In this document: in pieces, positions 9,890 through 19,809 of the stretch
Numbering within the stretch: the stretch's first letter is position 1
Layout: the number at the start of each line of letters is the position of its first letter
Assembly (NCBI GenBank): GCA_041665885.1
Contig: JBAYHY010000003.1
Location: forward strand, 4,529 to 68,528
DNA: 64,000 bases
DNA from: Minisyncoccota bacterium
Lineage (GTDB): Bacteria; Patescibacteriota; Minisyncoccia; Phycocordibacterales; UBA9973
Reading direction: 5' to 3'
The notes under the pieces: model-generated
Databases searched by the model: none
What the model saw: the letters and a program-made list of their open reading frames with translations, nothing else
Told to the model about the DNA's origin: nothing
Position numbers and translations under genes: made by a program

Positions 9890-9936
9890 ATAATTGGGCT
9901 GTTAAAAAAACATTATTAATTAATTTTATTTAAATC

Positions 9937-10410
9937 ATGGAAAATAAAAAAAACATGAATTTGGTTTGGGCAGTCATAATATGCCTGGTTTTAGTCGGAG
10001 TTTTTATTTTTATTAGTATAAACAGTAAAACAAATATGGCAACAGAAAATAACAATCCAGCGGCGAGCGGTGCTGTAAATAGTGCAGACAACAATATCGC
10101 TCCTGTCGGAGAGGTGGCGAAGGTGGGAGACAACGTTGTAATGAATTATACGGGGAGATTAGAGGACGGCACGGTTTTTGATTCAAACGTGGATCCGAAA
10201 TTCAAGCACGTGGAGCCTTTTGTGTTTATCCTGGGTGCCGGGCAAGTGATCGCTGGCTGGGATAAGGGCATTGTCGGCATGAAGGTCGGAGAAAAGAAAA
10301 CCCTTACCATCCCACCTGAGGACGGCTACGGAGCAACGGGGGCCGGTGGAGTTATTCCCCCGAATGCAACCTTGATTTTTGACGTCGAGTTAGTAGGAAT
10401 TAATAAATAA
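9937..10410 (+). CDS. FKBP-type peptidyl-prolyl isomerase with N-terminal anchor
   Basis: YTGRLEDGTVFDS, LGAGQVIAGWDKGI, IPPNATLIFDVEL. Confidence 0.95.
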   Translation: MENKKNMNLVWAVIICLVLVGVFIFISINSKTNMATENNNPAASGAVNSADNNIAPVGEVAKVGDNVVMNYTGRLEDGTVFDSNVDPKFKHVEPFVFILGAGQVIAGWDKGIVGMKVGEKKTLTIPPEDGYGATGAGGVIPPNATLIFDVELVGINK

Positions 10411-10420
10411 TAAAAAATAT

Positions 10421-11221
10421 ATGGAAAAAATAGAAAATTGGAAATCAAATTTAGTAAAAGTCGGTATTGTATTATTAATCATTTTGTCGCTTTATTACTT
10501 GGCGAAAACGTTTACTGAAATAAGGGCGTATAAATATATCGGGGGAGGTGCTCCAGCTTCTAATGTGATGAGCTTTGATGGTAAGGGAGAAGTTACCGCC
10601 AGCCCTGATCTCGCTACTATTAGTCTGACCATCCGTGAGAATGCTAAAGTAATGAAGGATGCTCAGGACAAGGTAACGGCGAAAGAAACAGCGGTGTTAG
10701 ATTTTCTTAATAAAAGTGGCATAGACAAGAAAGATATAAAGACGGAAAGCTACAACTCTTACCCGAAGTATGATTATGGAAGTCCTTGCTATGGGTATGG
10801 AGCACCTTGCCCTCAGAGTATTCCAAAAATAATCGGTTATGAGGTTTCTGAATATATTTCAGTGAAAGTTCACGACCTTACGAAGGCGGGGGACGTAGTG
10901 CAGGGCATCGGGAATATCGGCATCTCTGAAATAAATGGCCCGGATTTTTCTATTGAAAAAGAAGACCAGCTGAAGGAACAAGCGAGACAAATGGCCATAG
11001 ATGAGGCAAAAGCAAAAGCAAAAATATTGGCAAAAGACCTCGGTGTGCAGTTGGTTCGGATTGTCGGTTTTTCGGAAAACGGCAATTATCCTACACCGAT
11101 GTATGAAAAATCTATGATGGCGGCTGACAGTATTGGTGCCACCGCGACCCCTTCTCCGACATTGCCAACGGGGGAAAATAAGATTACTTCAAATGTGACG
11201 ATTACGTACGAAATCAGATAA
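10421..11221 (+). CDS. SIMPL (DUF541) domain protein
   Basis: GKGEVTASPDLATI, ARQMAIDEAKAKAKILAKDLGV, PTGENKITSNVTITY. Confidence 0.9.
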   Translation: MEKIENWKSNLVKVGIVLLIILSLYYLAKTFTEIRAYKYIGGGAPASNVMSFDGKGEVTASPDLATISLTIRENAKVMKDAQDKVTAKETAVLDFLNKSGIDKKDIKTESYNSYPKYDYGSPCYGYGAPCPQSIPKIIGYEVSEYISVKVHDLTKAGDVVQGIGNIGISEINGPDFSIEKEDQLKEQARQMAIDEAKAKAKILAKDLGVQLVRIVGFSENGNYPTPMYEKSMMAADSIGATATPSPTLPTGENKITSNVTITYEIR

Positions 11222-11245
11222 ATCTGTTTGTTTTCTAATGGATTG

Positions 11246-11315
11246 ACCCGGTTAGTAGATTTTGGCGAAGCCCATCAGGGCGCGCTGTGCGCATCACCAA
11301 AACTCACTACCGGGT
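11246..11315 (+). repeat. REP-like hairpin family copy B
   Basis: acccggttagtaga-ttttgg...ccaaaa-ctcactaccgggt long imperfect inverted repeat. Confidence 0.7.
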
Positions 11316-11388
11316 TGACTATTTTGGCAAAAAGAGTAATATTAAAAAAGCCCTTGAAAGGGGGCTTTTTTAAAATAATTATAAATAT

Positions 11389-11574
11389 ATGTCAAAATTC
11401 ACCGAATACCTAAAGGAAACAAAAACAGAATTAAAACACGTTATCTGGCCGTCTAAAAATCAGACCTTTTATTATACGTTGATAGTTGTTATTTTGTCCG
11501 TGCTCATTGCATATTATTTAGGAATCTTTGATTTTATTTTTTCACAAGGATTGCAAAAGATAATCACCCCATAA
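11389..11574 (+). CDS. secE: Preprotein translocase subunit SecE
   Basis: ELKHVIWPS motif, one TM, directly upstream of nusG. Confidence 0.95.
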   Translation: MSKFTEYLKETKTELKHVIWPSKNQTFYYTLIVVILSVLIAYYLGIFDFIFSQGLQKIITP

Positions 11575-11581
11575 ACTTACC

Positions 11582-12124
11582 ATGAAACAAGAATCATTAG
11601 GAGTTAGAAATTGGTACGCAATACATACTTACGCTGGGTACGAGAACGTGGTTCTTCGTAATTTGAAGCAGCGCATTGATTCTCTTGGCATGAATGACAA
11701 GATTTTTAATGTGATTGTTCCGGTTGAAAAGAAGATAAAAATCAAAGCTGGCAAAAGGGTAGAGGTGGAAGAAAAAATTTATCCAGGATATGTATTGGTA
11801 GATATGATTGTGACGGACGATTCTTGGTATGTGGTACGTAATACTCCTCGAGTGACGGGTTTCGTTGGCGCTGGAGTGAATCCGGTCCCACTTAAAAAAG
11901 AAGAAGTCGATTATTTGTTCAAGAAAATGGATGCTGGTACTGCTAAACACAATATCGATTTGGTTTCCGGAGAAACGGTTCGCATCGCGGATGGTCCATT
12001 CAAGGACCTTGAAGGTAAAGTTAGCTCGATTGATCAAGACCGAGGGAAGGTGAAGGTTCTGGTTTCAATGTTCGGCCGTGAAACTCCCGTAGAACTTGAT
12101 TTCTTGCAAGTCAAGAAAATTTAA
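11582..12124 (+). CDS. nusG: Transcription factor NusG
   Basis: WYAIHTYAGYE, PGYVLV, VRNTPRVTGF, KOW domain, FGRETPVELDF. Confidence 0.97.
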   Translation: MKQESLGVRNWYAIHTYAGYENVVLRNLKQRIDSLGMNDKIFNVIVPVEKKIKIKAGKRVEVEEKIYPGYVLVDMIVTDDSWYVVRNTPRVTGFVGAGVNPVPLKKEEVDYLFKKMDAGTAKHNIDLVSGETVRIADGPFKDLEGKVSSIDQDRGKVKVLVSMFGRETPVELDFLQVKKI

Positions 12125-12211
12125 GGAGCAATGCGACTATAAATTTATTGATGCCGCTTCGGCGGTATTAAGAGAATTGCATTAGAAAGTATTTTATAGT
12201 AATGTAAAAAA

Positions 12212-12637
12212 ATGGCAAAAAAAATAACCAAAAAAATAAAACTACAAATTCAAGCTGCCAAAGCAACCCCTGCACCACCATTAGGACCTGCCCTCGGACA
12301 AGCTGGCATTAACATTGGAGATTTCGTTACCAAGTTCAATGCCGCGACCGCCAAGATGGCGGGGGACAAGGTGGGTGTTTCTATCACCGTTTACGAAGAC
12401 CGAAGTTATGATTTTGTCATTAAAACCCCTCCAGTAACTGGGCTTATTCTCAAAGCGGCAGGCGTAGAAAAGGGTTCCGGGAAGAATGCCACCACAAAGG
12501 TGGGTAAAATCACCAAAGCTCAAGCCCTGGAAATAGCCAAAAAGAAAATGGTAGATTTGAATGCCAAAGACGACGAAGGAGCAATCAATATTGTCGCTGG
12601 TTCTGCCAGGTCTATGGGGATAGAAGTAAAAGACTAA
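12212..12637 (+). CDS. rplK: 50S ribosomal protein L11
   Basis: [25 protein letters not shown]. Confidence 0.97.
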   Translation: MAKKITKKIKLQIQAAKATPAPPLGPALGQAGINIGDFVTKFNAATAKMAGDKVGVSITVYEDRSYDFVIKTPPVTGLILKAAGVEKGSGKNATTKVGKITKAQALEIAKKKMVDLNAKDDEGAINIVAGSARSMGIEVKD

Positions 12638-12767
12638 AAAACTTCCATGCTTACAAACAAAACAATCTCAACTTGGTCCTCGTTCGTAAGATAAATAATT
12701 AGCTTTAGCGGGTGGATTTTTTCTATTGTCGGAATAGATTTTTCACCTAGTAATCTAATTATTTTTT

Positions 12768-13418
12768 ATGAATGATTTAATTTCAAAAAAAATTTTAATT
12801 TGTTTAACGCTCTATCTCACTTCTCTTTTTGCGGCTAATACCCTGGGGATAAAATTAATGCCTTTTCTTTTCGGTACGCATCTTTCGGTAGCGGTCTTCT
12901 CTTTCCCGATTATATTTTGCATGACTGATGTTATTGGAGAAGTTTATGGTAAAAAAATGGCAAATAGCTTCGTCCTCGCTGGTATTGTTAGTCTTGTTTT
13001 ATTTTTGTTTTATTCATTAATTTCAACTGTTACACCCTGGGCCGAGGAAGGGCAGTGGGTTCAAGTCGGATACAATCAAATTTTTGGACTTTCTGCTCGT
13101 TTTTCTATTGCTTCTCTTGTTGCCTTTGCTGTTGGACAGTATCAAGATGTTATTTCTTTTTTCTTTCTGAAAAAACACATAGGTGAAAAAAAATTCTGGT
13201 TGCGTTCGAATTTATCTAATGTTTGGTCAGAATTTTTTGATTCCTTCGTCTTTATGTTTATTGCTTACTTTGGTATTTTGCCAATAAAAACCATTTTCTT
13301 GATTATAATTCCGTGGTGGGTTTATAAAATATTTATGGGATTTTTATATACTCCGCTTTCGTATTTAGGAATTTATTTATTAAGGGGAAAAAATTACAAT
13401 GCAAATCAAACCAATTAA
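12768..13418 (+). CDS. VUT/YhhQ-family transporter (queuosine-precursor transporter family)
   Basis: FCMTDVIGEVYG, ASLVAFAVGQYQDV, WLRSNLSNVWSEFFDS. Confidence 0.85.
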   Translation: MNDLISKKILICLTLYLTSLFAANTLGIKLMPFLFGTHLSVAVFSFPIIFCMTDVIGEVYGKKMANSFVLAGIVSLVLFLFYSLISTVTPWAEEGQWVQVGYNQIFGLSARFSIASLVAFAVGQYQDVISFFFLKKHIGEKKFWLRSNLSNVWSEFFDSFVFMFIAYFGILPIKTIFLIIIPWWVYKIFMGFLYTPLSYLGIYLLRGKNYNANQTN

Positions 13419-14124
13419 AACAAGGATATTTCATGAGGGTGAAAATTTGTTGGAGTTTGTCCTAAAATATACAAAAAAAATTCCAGAAAATTCTGTTCTT
13501 GTCGTTACTTCTAAAATCGTAGCCCTCTCGGAGGGGCGAACGGTACGATATAAAAATCAAGAGCAAAAAGTTAGGTTGATAAAAAAAGAAAGTGATTTTG
13601 TGATTAAAACAAAGCACACCTGGCTCACCGTTAAAAATGGCACGGTGATGGCTTCTGCTGGAATTGACGAATCGAATGCCAACGGAAAACTCATCCTTTT
13701 ACCCAAAGATAGTTTTGGTTCTGCTGAAGTGCTCAGGAAAAAACTCAAAAAAATATTTAGAATCAAAAAGCTGGGGATACTGATTACGGATAGTAGGGTT
13801 TTTCCGCTTCGGGCCGGAGTCGTGGGGGTTGCCCTGGGCTATTCTGGATTCAAGGGCATTAGAAATTACATCGGCAAGAAGGATATTTTCGGTAGAGTTT
13901 TAAAAATGTCCAGGACAGATATTGCTGATAGTCTAGCAACGGCTGCGGTGCTTTGTATGGGGGAAGGAAAAGAGAAAAGGCCGCTTGCCTTGATAACTAA
14001 TGCTCCGATAGAGTTTATTGAAAAAATAAACAGAAAAGAGCTCCGGATTAATCCAAGAGATGATTTGTATTTGCCTCTTTTTGGGAGTATATTAGGGGCA
14101 GATAAAGATAAATTGCATGGCTAA
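13399..14124 (+). CDS. CofE-like gamma-glutamyl ligase (F420-0:glutamate ligase family; possible alternative folylpolyglutamate synthase)
   Basis: TSKIVALSEG, SAGIDESNA, ITDSR..PLRAGVVGVA, YIGKKDIFGR.L, AD.LA...MGEG.E. Confidence 0.85.
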   Translation: MQIKPIKTRIFHEGENLLEFVLKYTKKIPENSVLVVTSKIVALSEGRTVRYKNQEQKVRLIKKESDFVIKTKHTWLTVKNGTVMASAGIDESNANGKLILLPKDSFGSAEVLRKKLKKIFRIKKLGILITDSRVFPLRAGVVGVALGYSGFKGIRNYIGKKDIFGRVLKMSRTDIADSLATAAVLCMGEGKEKRPLALITNAPIEFIEKINRKELRINPRDDLYLPLFGSILGADKDKLHG

Positions 14125-14683
14125 AATTATTTTAGGGGTTGCCAGTCAAATCGCGGCCGGCAAGGGAATTACAACTGAATATTTGAAAAAAAGTTATAAG
14201 GCTGGTACTTATAAGTTTTCAAACGTTCTCCGGGATCTTTTGGGGCGCTTATATCTAGAAAACAGCAGAGAAAATCTCTCGAAGCTGTCAACTGCGCTCC
14301 GTAAAAATTTTTCAGAGGACATTTTGGCAAAAGTTATATATGAGGATGTTAAAAAAGACGAACGAGAAATTATTGTGGTTGACGGAGTTCGGAGACTGGC
14401 AGATATTGTTTATTTGAAAAAATTACCCGGATTTAGGCTTGTCTTTATTGATGCTGATATTGAGAAGAGATATCAAAGAATTATTTTAAGAGGAGAAAAT
14501 GTAGATGATAAAAATAAATCTTTTGAGCAATTCAGAAAAGATCATGAACTTGAAACAGAGCTCCAGATCGCAGATTTAAAAAAAGTGGCTGATGTTGTGG
14601 TTGATAACAACGGAAATCTTGAAGATTTATATAAACAAGTAGACAAAATTATCAAAGAAATTTTAGAAAAAAATGAAAAGTAA
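14117..14683 (+). CDS. P-loop nucleotide kinase (dephospho-CoA/dNMP kinase-like)
   Basis: Degenerate P-loop SQIAAGKG, VVDGVR, ADVVVDNNG. Confidence 0.7.
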   Translation: MAKIILGVASQIAAGKGITTEYLKKSYKAGTYKFSNVLRDLLGRLYLENSRENLSKLSTALRKNFSEDILAKVIYEDVKKDEREIIVVDGVRRLADIVYLKKLPGFRLVFIDADIEKRYQRIILRGENVDDKNKSFEQFRKDHELETELQIADLKKVADVVVDNNGNLEDLYKQVDKIIKEILEKNEK

Positions 14684-16493
14684 ATTAGGCTTTGTCTCGG
14701 TAATATCGATTATAATTTTTACTCTCTTTCTTGGTTTTACTAAAATACAAGCAGAAAATATTGACCTCACGAATGAGGCTATTGTAAATTTCCATTCCGA
14801 CATTGCAGTAAATATGGATAACTCTATTGATGTTGTAGAGAACATTACTTACAACACCGGAGAGGCGGAAAGGCACGGGTTACTTCGCGATATTATCTCG
14901 AAATCTTCAGTCGGGTACCAAATGAAAATCGAGAAAGTGAGTGCGGTTGACGAAAACAATAATCCTTACACCTTTACCACTTCTAATTTAGGTTCGAATT
15001 ATGAAATTAAAATTGGTGACGCGGATAAAACTTTTGTTGGTCAAAAAACGTATGTTATTAAATACCACGCCACGAAGGCGACGGCTCAATTTGATGATTT
15101 TGATGAAATATATTGGAACGTTATCGGAAACGACTGGGAAATTCCCATTTATGCAGCGAGTGCTTCTGTTTTTTTGTCTACCGGGGTCGTTGCAACTCAG
15201 TCGTCTTGTTATTATGGGTCAAAAGGAAGTACAAAACAATGTGAGTTAAAGAAGGACACAAGTAATTCATCTTATAATTTTATTATTCCAGCCCCCCTTG
15301 GCCCAGGAGAAGGGTTAACCGTAGCCGTCGGTTTTCCGAAGGGAGCTGTCGCCCCCTATTCTTGGATGGATAAATTTTTTAATACATATTTTCCCTGGCT
15401 GACAGCGATAGTTTTACCTTTTTTAACTTTAATTTTTTCTCTATGGTATTGGTATAAAAAGGGGAGAGACCCGAAAGGTACCGGAGTGATTGTGCCACAA
15501 TATGATGTGCCAGAAGATCTAACCCCGCTCGAGGTTGGTGGTATAGTAAAAGAGAAAGTTGAAACAAAAAATATTTCCGCAGAGATTATATACCTTGCCA
15601 CTAAGGGATATTTAAAAATAAATCAATTAGAAGAAAAGTTTATCGGCCTTTTTAAAACGACGGATTACGAGCTCATTAAATTAAAGGATTTTTCGGATGT
15701 AAAAAATGATTTTGATAAGAAACTTTTGACATCATTGTTTAGCGAAAGACCCAAGCTGGATCTTTCAATGTATATAAATTTATTTAAGGGAATACCACCA
15801 GCTGTCCCCGAGGTTTCCCTTTTGCCTTCGGTCAAATTATCAGCACTTAAAAATGTTTTTTATAAGGAAGCTCAGGCAGTTATTCTTTCTTTGCTAGACT
15901 CATTGCTCAAGAAGGGTTATTACAAGAATCTGGGGAGAATGAAGAATTCTGCCGGTGGTATTGTTGTGGCAATATTTTTATTAGTTTGGGGCTTAATGAT
16001 TTTCGGTGGAGTTTTTAATGTTTTATTTTCCATCACTATGATAATTCCACTCCTCGCCGGTCTAGTAGTTTCAATAATTATTTATGTTGTCGTTTCTCGT
16101 TTTTTCCCAGCCAAAACGGAGAAAGGAGTTGAATTAAAAGAATATCTTCTCGGGCTAAAAGATTATCTGCAAATTGCGGAAAAGGATAGATTGATTTTTC
16201 ACAATGCTCCAGAAAAGAAGCCGGAAGTGTTTGAAAAATTATTACCTTTTGCCATGGTGCTGGGGGTGGCGGATATCTGGGCAAAAGAGTTTGAGGGGAT
16301 ATATACCACTCCACCGTCTTGGTATTTTGGTCCGAATAATACCGCCTTTAATGCGGTAACGTTCAATCATTCTCTGTCGAACTTCAGTACTTATGCTTCG
16401 TCTGCCTTAAGTTCTTCTCCCTCTGGATCCGGTAGTGGAGGTGGAGGTTCCTCTGGTGGCGGGGGAGGAGGCGGGGGTGGCGGGGGTTGGTAA
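14673..16493 (+). CDS. DUF2207-type membrane protein
   Basis: Signal peptide, EIYWNVIG.DW, FEKLLPFAMVLGV, Gly-rich C-terminus ending GGGGW. Confidence 0.9.
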   Translation: MKSKLGFVSVISIIIFTLFLGFTKIQAENIDLTNEAIVNFHSDIAVNMDNSIDVVENITYNTGEAERHGLLRDIISKSSVGYQMKIEKVSAVDENNNPYTFTTSNLGSNYEIKIGDADKTFVGQKTYVIKYHATKATAQFDDFDEIYWNVIGNDWEIPIYAASASVFLSTGVVATQSSCYYGSKGSTKQCELKKDTSNSSYNFIIPAPLGPGEGLTVAVGFPKGAVAPYSWMDKFFNTYFPWLTAIVLPFLTLIFSLWYWYKKGRDPKGTGVIVPQYDVPEDLTPLEVGGIVKEKVETKNISAEIIYLATKGYLKINQLEEKFIGLFKTTDYELIKLKDFSDVKNDFDKKLLTSLFSERPKLDLSMYINLFKGIPPAVPEVSLLPSVKLSALKNVFYKEAQAVILSLLDSLLKKGYYKNLGRMKNSAGGIVVAIFLLVWGLMIFGGVFNVLFSITMIIPLLAGLVVSIIIYVVVSRFFPAKTEKGVELKEYLLGLKDYLQIAEKDRLIFHNAPEKKPEVFEKLLPFAMVLGVADIWAKEFEGIYTTPPSWYFGPNNTAFNAVTFNHSLSNFSTYASSALSSSPSGSGSGGGGSSGGGGGGGGGGGW

Positions 16494-16521
16494 TTTTATT
16501 TTTTGGTAGTATATTAGGACA

Positions 16522-17064
16522 ATGGAAAAAACAGTTAAAAAGATTTCCCTAAAGCACAAAGATTTAATAAAAAAAATTAAGGCTCACAAGGTGTTGGGGC
16601 AGAAGATTGTTTGTACCATTGGGTCTTGGGACATGCTTCACATTGGACACCTGAGATATTTGAACGCTGCTAAAAGTCACGGGGACGTGTTGATCGTGGG
16701 GGTGGATAGTGATCGGGGAGTAAAATCGTACAAAGGCCCGCTAAGACCAATCATCCCTGAAAAAGAACGAGCCGAAATGTTGTCATATCAATCCTGTGTT
16801 GATTATGTTACTCTCGTTGACGATATAGACAAAAAGGGGAATTGGCAATACGGCCTTATCAAAGATCTGCCGATAGACACTTTCGTTGCCGTTGAGGGGG
16901 ACAGCTATACCGAGGAACAAAAAAAGATGATTAAAAAGTTTTGTAAGAATATTTTAGTTATTCCTCGTCAGGCCCTAAGCACCTCTTCCACGAATATTGT
17001 ACAAAACGTCATCAAAATTCATTTACTTGATCAACTGGGTCAGTTGGAGAAAAAGGAAAAATAG
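16522..17064 (+). CDS. Cytidylyltransferase-family nucleotidyltransferase (RfaE domain II/TagD-like)
   Basis: GSWDMLHIGH, LIVGVDSD, KGPLRP, STSST. Confidence 0.88.
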   Translation: MEKTVKKISLKHKDLIKKIKAHKVLGQKIVCTIGSWDMLHIGHLRYLNAAKSHGDVLIVGVDSDRGVKSYKGPLRPIIPEKERAEMLSYQSCVDYVTLVDDIDKKGNWQYGLIKDLPIDTFVAVEGDSYTEEQKKMIKKFCKNILVIPRQALSTSSTNIVQNVIKIHLLDQLGQLEKKEK

Positions 17065-17065
17065 G

Positions 17066-17902
17066 ATGGCAGAAAAAAAAATTCTCATAATAAATATTCC
17101 CGTAATTCACAAGGGGTTTTTAGATTTTCTAAAAAAAAACAAAAACAACGTATCAAAAATTTTTATTGTTAACCCAAAGCTTGTTGAAAAGATCTCTGAC
17201 CTAAGAAACGACATAGCCGCGATTGATTACAGGGAGAGCAAGAAAATTTTAATTTCTTTGGGGTTTAAAAATATTAGTTCGATTGGTGAAAAAAACATAA
17301 GGAAGCTCAATGGTTCGTCTGTTGTCATGATAAATGACCACGTATCAAGAGAAATAAAAAAATTTTTTTTAAAAAATTCTCAGGTAATCTGGAAAGATGT
17401 TTTTTTGAGATGGGATAAAGATAGTATTTCCGCAGAGCATTTCCCGGGTGAGAAGATTAGCGCAAAAAAAGAAGACAAAATAAAAATAGCGGAGGCCTAT
17501 AAAGAAGCGAAGAAAAGTACTGATTGGTGGCGAAGGGTAGGAGCAGTGCTTGTTAAAGGAAACAAAGTCGTTTTAAGGGGGCATAACAGGGGTGTCCCGG
17601 ACGATTATACTTCTTACCAAGTGGGTAACATCAGAGATTTTATTAAGGCAGGGGAAAAACAAGAATTAAGCTCAACTATTCATGCGGAACAGAAGATAGT
17701 TGCGGAAGCTGCTCAAAAAGGGATATCGCTGAAAGGGACGAAACTATATATTACCCACTTTCCATGCCCTGTTTGTGCTAAACTTATTATGTTTTCAGGA
17801 ATAAAAAAATGTTTTTTTGTTGAAGGTGCTTCAAACCTTGATGGTGGTAAAATGTTGAAACTTGCCGGAGTAGATTTATTTGTAGTAGACTGTAGTAAAT
17901 AA
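17066..17902 (+). CDS. dCMP deaminase-family protein with N-terminal extension
   Basis: IHAEQ and PCPVC zinc motifs, RVGAVLVK; start placed at ATG 17066 just after the upstream stop. Confidence 0.88.
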   Translation: MAEKKILIINIPVIHKGFLDFLKKNKNNVSKIFIVNPKLVEKISDLRNDIAAIDYRESKKILISLGFKNISSIGEKNIRKLNGSSVVMINDHVSREIKKFFLKNSQVIWKDVFLRWDKDSISAEHFPGEKISAKKEDKIKIAEAYKEAKKSTDWWRRVGAVLVKGNKVVLRGHNRGVPDDYTSYQVGNIRDFIKAGEKQELSSTIHAEQKIVAEAAQKGISLKGTKLYITHFPCPVCAKLIMFSGIKKCFFVEGASNLDGGKMLKLAGVDLFVVDCSK

Positions 17903-17903
17903 A

Positions 17904-18728
17904 ATGAGACAATATTTAGATTTATTAAAAGATGTTTTGGAAAACGGACAAGGGAAAAGCGACCCACATGGGGTTGGTAGTATTGCTGTCTGCGGGCGAA
18001 CAATGCGATTCGATTTATCTAAAGGAGAATTTCCGATGCTCACTACAAAAAAACTCCATTTCAAATCGATTGCCTATGAGCTTCTTTGGTTTCTGCGTGG
18101 TAATACTGATATTCAATTTCTTAAAGATAACAAAATAACGATTTGGGATGAATGGGCAACCCCGGAAGTGTGTAAAAAGATGGGTCTTCCGGAGGGAGAT
18201 GTGGGTAGAATTTATGGTGCGCAATGGAGGCATTGGAGAAAAACAGATGGAGGAGAAATCGATCAAATCAAAAACTTAATCGAAGGGTTAAAAGAACATC
18301 CGGACTGGCGCCGGCACATGGTGACCTCCTGGAATCCGGAAGACGTAGACAAGGTATTCGTCGCACCCTGCCACGGTATTTTCAAATGTTTTGCAGTCAA
18401 CGGAGAATTGTCTTTGCATATGTTCCAGAGAAGTGCGGATGTTTTTTTGGGCGTGCCTTATAACATTGCCTCATATTCCTTGTTGCTTCTTATGATTGCC
18501 CAAGTAACTGGTCTGAAGCCTAAAGAGTTTATTCATACGATGTCCGATGTTCACCTTTATAATAACCATTTTGAGCAGGCGAGGGAACAATTAAAAAGAG
18601 AGCCTAAACCATTACCCAGGCTAAAAATTAATCCTGAGATTAAAGATATTTTTGATTTTAAATACGAAGATTTTACTCTTGAAGATTACAACGCGGATCC
18701 AAACATAAAGGCGGATGTTGCCATCTAG
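17904..18728 (+). CDS. thyA: Thymidylate synthase
   Basis: TTKK, ELLWFLRG, YGAQWR, APCH, QRSADVFLGVPYN, HLY.NH. Confidence 0.97.
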   Translation: MRQYLDLLKDVLENGQGKSDPHGVGSIAVCGRTMRFDLSKGEFPMLTTKKLHFKSIAYELLWFLRGNTDIQFLKDNKITIWDEWATPEVCKKMGLPEGDVGRIYGAQWRHWRKTDGGEIDQIKNLIEGLKEHPDWRRHMVTSWNPEDVDKVFVAPCHGIFKCFAVNGELSLHMFQRSADVFLGVPYNIASYSLLLLMIAQVTGLKPKEFIHTMSDVHLYNNHFEQAREQLKREPKPLPRLKINPEIKDIFDFKYEDFTLEDYNADPNIKADVAI

Positions 18729-18736
18729 CAACTTGT

Positions 18737-19177
18737 TTAACCAATCGGAAAATACACTGTTTGGGCTTTTTTTTGTTTGTTTAATTTGGGAGAAATCAGA
18801 TGGAAGTGCAGATGGCAGACAGTCGCTCCGGTGTGGTCGGTGTCTCCAAATCTGACTGAAAGGGCGCCACCTTTTACGTTAAATTTTTTCAAGGCCCAAT
18901 TTACCAAAATTTTAACAGACTTAAAATCACCGTTGGTCAGTTCGTTAAAATTTTCTTTATGTTTTTCGCCGATAATTACAAAATGATATTTAGTATTTTT
19001 ATATGGCCAGCTATTTTTTGTTAACAACCAACCGTTTTCTTTTTTCAGGATGGGTTCTTTGTGGTATTTGAAATTGTCCGGACAGAAAGGGCATTTGCCC
19101 CTTTTCTCGATGGTGGAAATAACTTTTTCATATTCTCCTTTGCCTTTTGCAAAGGTTTTATTAACAACTTTTTTCAT
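18737..19177 (-). CDS. HIT-family nucleotide hydrolase/transferase, paralog 1
   Basis: CPFC and HLHFHLI histidine triad. Confidence 0.85.
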   Translation of the reverse strand: MKKVVNKTFAKGKGEYEKVISTIEKRGKCPFCPDNFKYHKEPILKKENGWLLTKNSWPYKNTKYHFVIIGEKHKENFNELTNGDFKSVKILVNWALKKFNVKGGALSVRFGDTDHTGATVCHLHFHLISPKLNKQKKAQTVYFPIG

Positions 19178-19668
19178 TTTTTCTTTTCGTATACCTTAAA
19201 AGAATAATCGTATTCATTTTTTTCATCTTTTTTATGTTTTTCCTCACTAATTAAATTCCAATCGTTTTTGTCGAATTCCGGGAACGAGGCATCTCCCACT
19301 GGAGAACAATCCACTTCTGTAATATACAACTTATCAGCATAAGGAAGAGCTTGTTTATAAACGCTGGCGCCACCAATAACGAATATTTCATCAGTTTTTG
19401 CCAGACTCAACACTTTCTCCCAATTGTTTAACACCTCTGCCCCGGCAATCTCGTCTTTTTTCCCGGACAGCACGAGGTTTCTTCTGTTCGGTAGCGGTTT
19501 TCCCAAAACATTAACAATTGAAAGGAACGTGTTTCTTCCCATCAAAACTATTTTTCCGGTAGTAATTTTTGAAAAATATTTCAAATCACCGGAAAGCTTC
19601 CACGGCAAACCATTTTTTACTCCGATTATTCCGTTTTTTGCCACTGCCGATATTATTGATATGCTCAT
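19174..19668 (-). CDS. folA: Dihydrofolate reductase
   Basis: NGIIG..NGLPW, DLKYF, MGRNTF, PLPNRRN, VIGGA, GDASFP; start at ATG 19668. Confidence 0.96.
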   Translation of the reverse strand: MSISIISAVAKNGIIGVKNGLPWKLSGDLKYFSKITTGKIVLMGRNTFLSIVNVLGKPLPNRRNLVLSGKKDEIAGAEVLNNWEKVLSLAKTDEIFVIGGASVYKQALPYADKLYITEVDCSPVGDASFPEFDKNDWNLISEEKHKKDEKNEYDYSFKVYEKKK

Positions 19669-19809
19669 CGTATTTTTTAGTTTAGCTTTTTCGCAGGGTG
19701 TTTGCAATTATATGTTTGATCAGCATTGACTTTCTAATAATTTTATTTATTGTAACGAAGGAAGCTGTCAAAAAGAGATACTTTGTAATAGCGAGAAAGG
19801 GGATGAAAT

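Noticed and set aside
11228-11413. 61-aa ORF upstream of secE
   Set aside because: Runs through a repeat element, promoter and hairpin; no coding features.
12660-12760. preQ1 riboswitch upstream of the YhhQ-like gene
   Set aside because: Could not find the class I or II consensus by eye; needs an Infernal search.
16426-16493. G-rich run as contingency locus or G-quadruplex element
   Set aside because: It encodes the family-typical Gly-rich C-terminus of the DUF2207 protein.
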